Source of the DNA: an uncultured Rickettsiales bacterium
GTDB taxonomy: Bacteria > Myxococcota_A > UBA796 > UBA9615 > CAYRNR01
Reading direction: 5' to 3'
Assembly: GCA_964425605.1 (NCBI GenBank)
Contig: CAYRNR010000033.1
Coordinates: 31 to 64,030, forward strand
Length of the DNA: 64,000 bases
This document shows positions 61,820 to 64,000 of this stretch, one piece after another (within the stretch, counting starts at the first letter, position 1; each line of letters begins with the position of its first letter). The notes under the pieces are model-generated. The model was not told the DNA's origin and searched no databases. It saw only the letters and a program-made list of their open reading frames with translations. Made by a program: the position numbers and the translations under genes.

Positions 61820-62546
61820 CCTCCCCCTCGTCGCCGTGCTGGACTCGGGTGTGAACCCTCGCCATCCGCACCTGACCCACGTGACCCTCGAGGGATTCGC
61901 CGCACCGGACGACTCCGGCGATCTGGACGAGGCGGCTCCCCCCTGCGACGTCCACGGTCACGGAACCGCCGTGACCGCGGCGGTGTTCCGGCGCGTCCAG
62001 CGCGGGCGCCTCCTCGGCATCCGCGTCCTCGACGCCAGGCTGGCGGGTCACCATCAACTCCTCGCGGACGCCATCTCTCTGGCCGCGAGGCGGGGCGCCC
62101 GCCTGATCAACGTGTCGATGGGCACCTCCGACGAAGCGGCACGACCGCGACTGGCCGAGGCCGTCCGGTTCGCCCAAGCGGGTGGTGCCATCGTGGTCGC
62201 CGCCGTGCCTCCGGTCGGGTGTGGCTGGCCAGCAGACCTACCCGGCGTCCTCGGCGCGGTGGCGGATCCCGCGTGCCCGCCGGACCGGGCATACCCGGTG
62301 GATCCCGACCGAGGCTTGCCCGCCGCGCCCGAATGCGCTTTGCTCCGGTATCGGGCCCACTCCGACGCCATCCCCCCCGGCGGGGCCGCTCGGCGCGGGA
62401 ACCTCGGCGGCAGCAGCCTGGCCGCCGGTCACCTGACCGGCCTGGTCGCGGCGCTGCTCACGCGCGAGCCCCAGCTGGATCTCACGGGGATACTCCAGAG
62501 ACTGGGCCCGGAGACGGAAGGAGGGTGTCCATGGGACGACGTCTAG
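61809..62546 (+). CDS. small subtilisin-like S8 serine peptidase, QhpE-like
   Basis: VAVLDSGV (Asp), HGHGTAV (His), GGSSLAAGHLTG (Ser). No signal peptide. About 245 aa. Confidence 0.7.
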   Translation: MSADLPLVAVLDSGVNPRHPHLTHVTLEGFAAPDDSGDLDEAAPPCDVHGHGTAVTAAVFRRVQRGRLLGIRVLDARLAGHHQLLADAISLAARRGARLINVSMGTSDEAARPRLAEAVRFAQAGGAIVVAAVPPVGCGWPADLPGVLGAVADPACPPDRAYPVDPDRGLPAAPECALLRYRAHSDAIPPGGAARRGNLGGSSLAAGHLTGLVAALLTREPQLDLTGILQRLGPETEGGCPWDDV

Positions 62547-64000
62547 CCGCCGCGCTGGTGGCGCTGCTGATGACCGCAGCCACCCCGACCGCGCACGCCA
62601 ATCAGGGCGACATCATGGGGATCGGCGCGGCCGCCATGGGCCGCGGGGGCGGCGGGGTGGCCATCGCCGACGATGTCTTCGCGCTCTACTACAACCCAGC
62701 GGGTATGGCCCAGCTCGAGCGCGGTGCCTTCGCCTTTGGCGCCCACGGCGGTCATATGCGGCTCCAGGGCTTCCCGCCCATCGCCTGGGACGCCAACAAC
62801 GACGGCGTCATCAACCCCGAGAACCCCTACGACCGCTGGGTCGTCGAGGACTACGACTACGACGATCCCAGCGGCTTCCACGCCGGGCTGGTCAAGAGCT
62901 ACACCAAGTGGTTGCGCATGGGCCTGTGCCTGACCCTGCCGTGGAAGCGGATCATCGCCGTACAGCAGGAGGATCCGTACCTCCCCTACTACGTCCGCTG
63001 GAAGAACCGCCCCCAGCGGCTGAGCCTGTACGCCGGCGCCTCCATCCAGCCCGTGGACGGGCTGGCCTTCGGCGTGAGCGTCGCCATCCTGGCGCGCTGC
63101 AAGCTGGTGCTGGACTTCCAGATCGACGCCACGGTGGACGACTCGCAGCTCCAGGACGATCCCGAGGAGTCCCTGAACCTGGACCTGATCGTCAACCCAC
63201 AATACATCGAGCTCGACGTGCGCCCCGCGTTCGCGCCCATCCTCGGCTTCCGGCTGGACATGAAGCTGGTGCACGAGTCCCTGGCCGGCTGGACCTGGGG
63301 CGTGACCTACCGCCACCCCATCGACCTGCTCATCGAACCCACCATCCTGGGCCTGGACCTCTACGGGCGGGCGGAGGATCTGGGCTCGCTGGAGTCGATC
63401 ATCGTCCCGCTCCAGGCGCAGATCTATTTCTCCATCCTCGACTACTTCACGCCGCGGCAGCTCGCGCTGGGGACCGCGCTGCGCAAGGAGTTCTTCACGG
63501 CGTACGTGGACCTGACGTGGAACCAGTGGTCCAAGGCCGCGCCCTCGGTGGGTCGCATCGACGAGTCCGCCACAGAGGTCAAGATCGGGCTGGTGGACAT
63601 GGACCCGCGGGTGATCAACGCGCGGGAGATCGATCCCCTCGAGTGGAGGGACACCTGGGTGTTCCGCGCCGGCTTCGAGATCACCCCCAAACCCAAGCAC
63701 ATCGGCGGCAAGTTCGAGGAGATCGGCGTCGTGTTCCGCGGGGGGTATGCCTACGACCCCACCTGGATACCCGAACAGACCCGCATGACGAACTTCATGG
63801 ACTCGGACCATCACCTGGTGTCCTTCGGCACCGGCGTGCGCGTGGGCGACCCCTTCGGTGTGATCGAGGGGCCCATCAGCCTCGACGTGTTCCTTCAGCT
63901 GCAGAAGATGGTCTCCCGTACCCACACGAAGGACGGCGACCTGGTCGAAGACGGCACCGTGCCCGCCGGGTATCCCCTGGCCGGCGAGATCACCACCGAC
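62531..64000 (+). CDS. FadL/TodX/OMPP1-family outer-membrane transport protein (3' end outside window; absent from the ORF track)
   Basis: Own translation: MGRRLAAALVALLMTAATPTAHANQGDIMGIGAAAMGRGGGGVAIADDVFALYYNPAGMAQL... stays open to the window end. The signal peptide and the GA.AMGRGG...A..YNPAG motif are typical of the family. AGGAGGG precedes the ATG, and the start overlaps the S8 gene by 16 nt. Confidence 0.65.
   Translation, partial: MGRRLAAALVALLMTAATPTAHANQGDIMGIGAAAMGRGGGGVAIADDVFALYYNPAGMAQLERGAFAFGAHGGHMRLQGFPPIAWDANNDGVINPENPYDRWVVEDYDYDDPSGFHAGLVKSYTKWLRMGLCLTLPWKRIIAVQQEDPYLPYYVRWKNRPQRLSLYAGASIQPVDGLAFGVSVAILARCKLVLDFQIDATVDDSQLQDDPEESLNLDLIVNPQYIELDVRPAFAPILGFRLDMKLVHESLAGWTWGVTYRHPIDLLIEPTILGLDLYGRAEDLGSLESIIVPLQAQIYFSILDYFTPRQLALGTALRKEFFTAYVDLTWNQWSKAAPSVGRIDESATEVKIGLVDMDPRVINAREIDPLEWRDTWVFRAGFEITPKPKHIGGKFEEIGVVFRGGYAYDPTWIPEQTRMTNFMDSDHHLVSFGTGVRVGDPFGVIEGPISLDVFLQLQKMVSRTHTKDGDLVEDGTVPAGYPLAGEITTD

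Overview
GC-rich bacterial chromosome segment, probably Myxococcota, judging from a MYXO-CTERM-like tail and lipoproteins with long acidic D/T/G linkers. GC content was not computed. The window has three blocks. (1) 1-12.07 kb holds host genes: a molybdoenzyme fragment, an agmatine-deiminase-family lipoprotein, an S8 peptidase with an unusual Cys repeat, an ASST-like lipoprotein, a GH5 hydrolase, a PEP-utilising enzyme, and an ABC1/UbiB kinase interrupted by an in-frame TAG. (2) 12.07-50.18 kb is an apparently complete Mu-like transposable prophage of about 38 kb. It has a divergent layout: a late structural operon on the minus strand (terminase to tail fibres, 34.6 to 12.2 kb), a central immunity region (repressor plus Ner-like gene), and an early operon on the plus strand. 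The early operon carries an rve-type DDE transposase, an AAA+ partner, Gam, GemA, an amidase endolysin, a DNA methyltransferase, an HslV-like Ntn hydrolase and an ASCH protein. The gene block is bracketed by 28-nt direct repeats, which is not what Mu-type transposition should leave. (3) 50.2-64 kb holds host genes: a translationally coupled four-gene operon (M28 peptidase, MYXO-CTERM repeat lipoprotein, LPG_synthase_TM-type membrane protein, Ser/Thr kinase) and then the most interesting locus. That locus is a quinohemoprotein-amine-dehydrogenase-like (qhp-like) maturation cluster: radical SAM/SPASM enzyme, 96-aa Cys/Trp-rich peptide, beta-propeller, ABC exporter and subtilisin-like protease. 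A UbiV/UbiU-like pair of U32 Fe-S proteins sits where the flavin monooxygenase QhpG would be expected, and no dihaem QhpA subunit is present. No rRNA, tRNA or CRISPR array was recognised. Many long ORFs in the supplied track are antisense or shadow ORFs typical of GC-rich DNA. Two real ORFs that run off the window edges (1-851 and 62531-64000) are incomplete or missing in the track.
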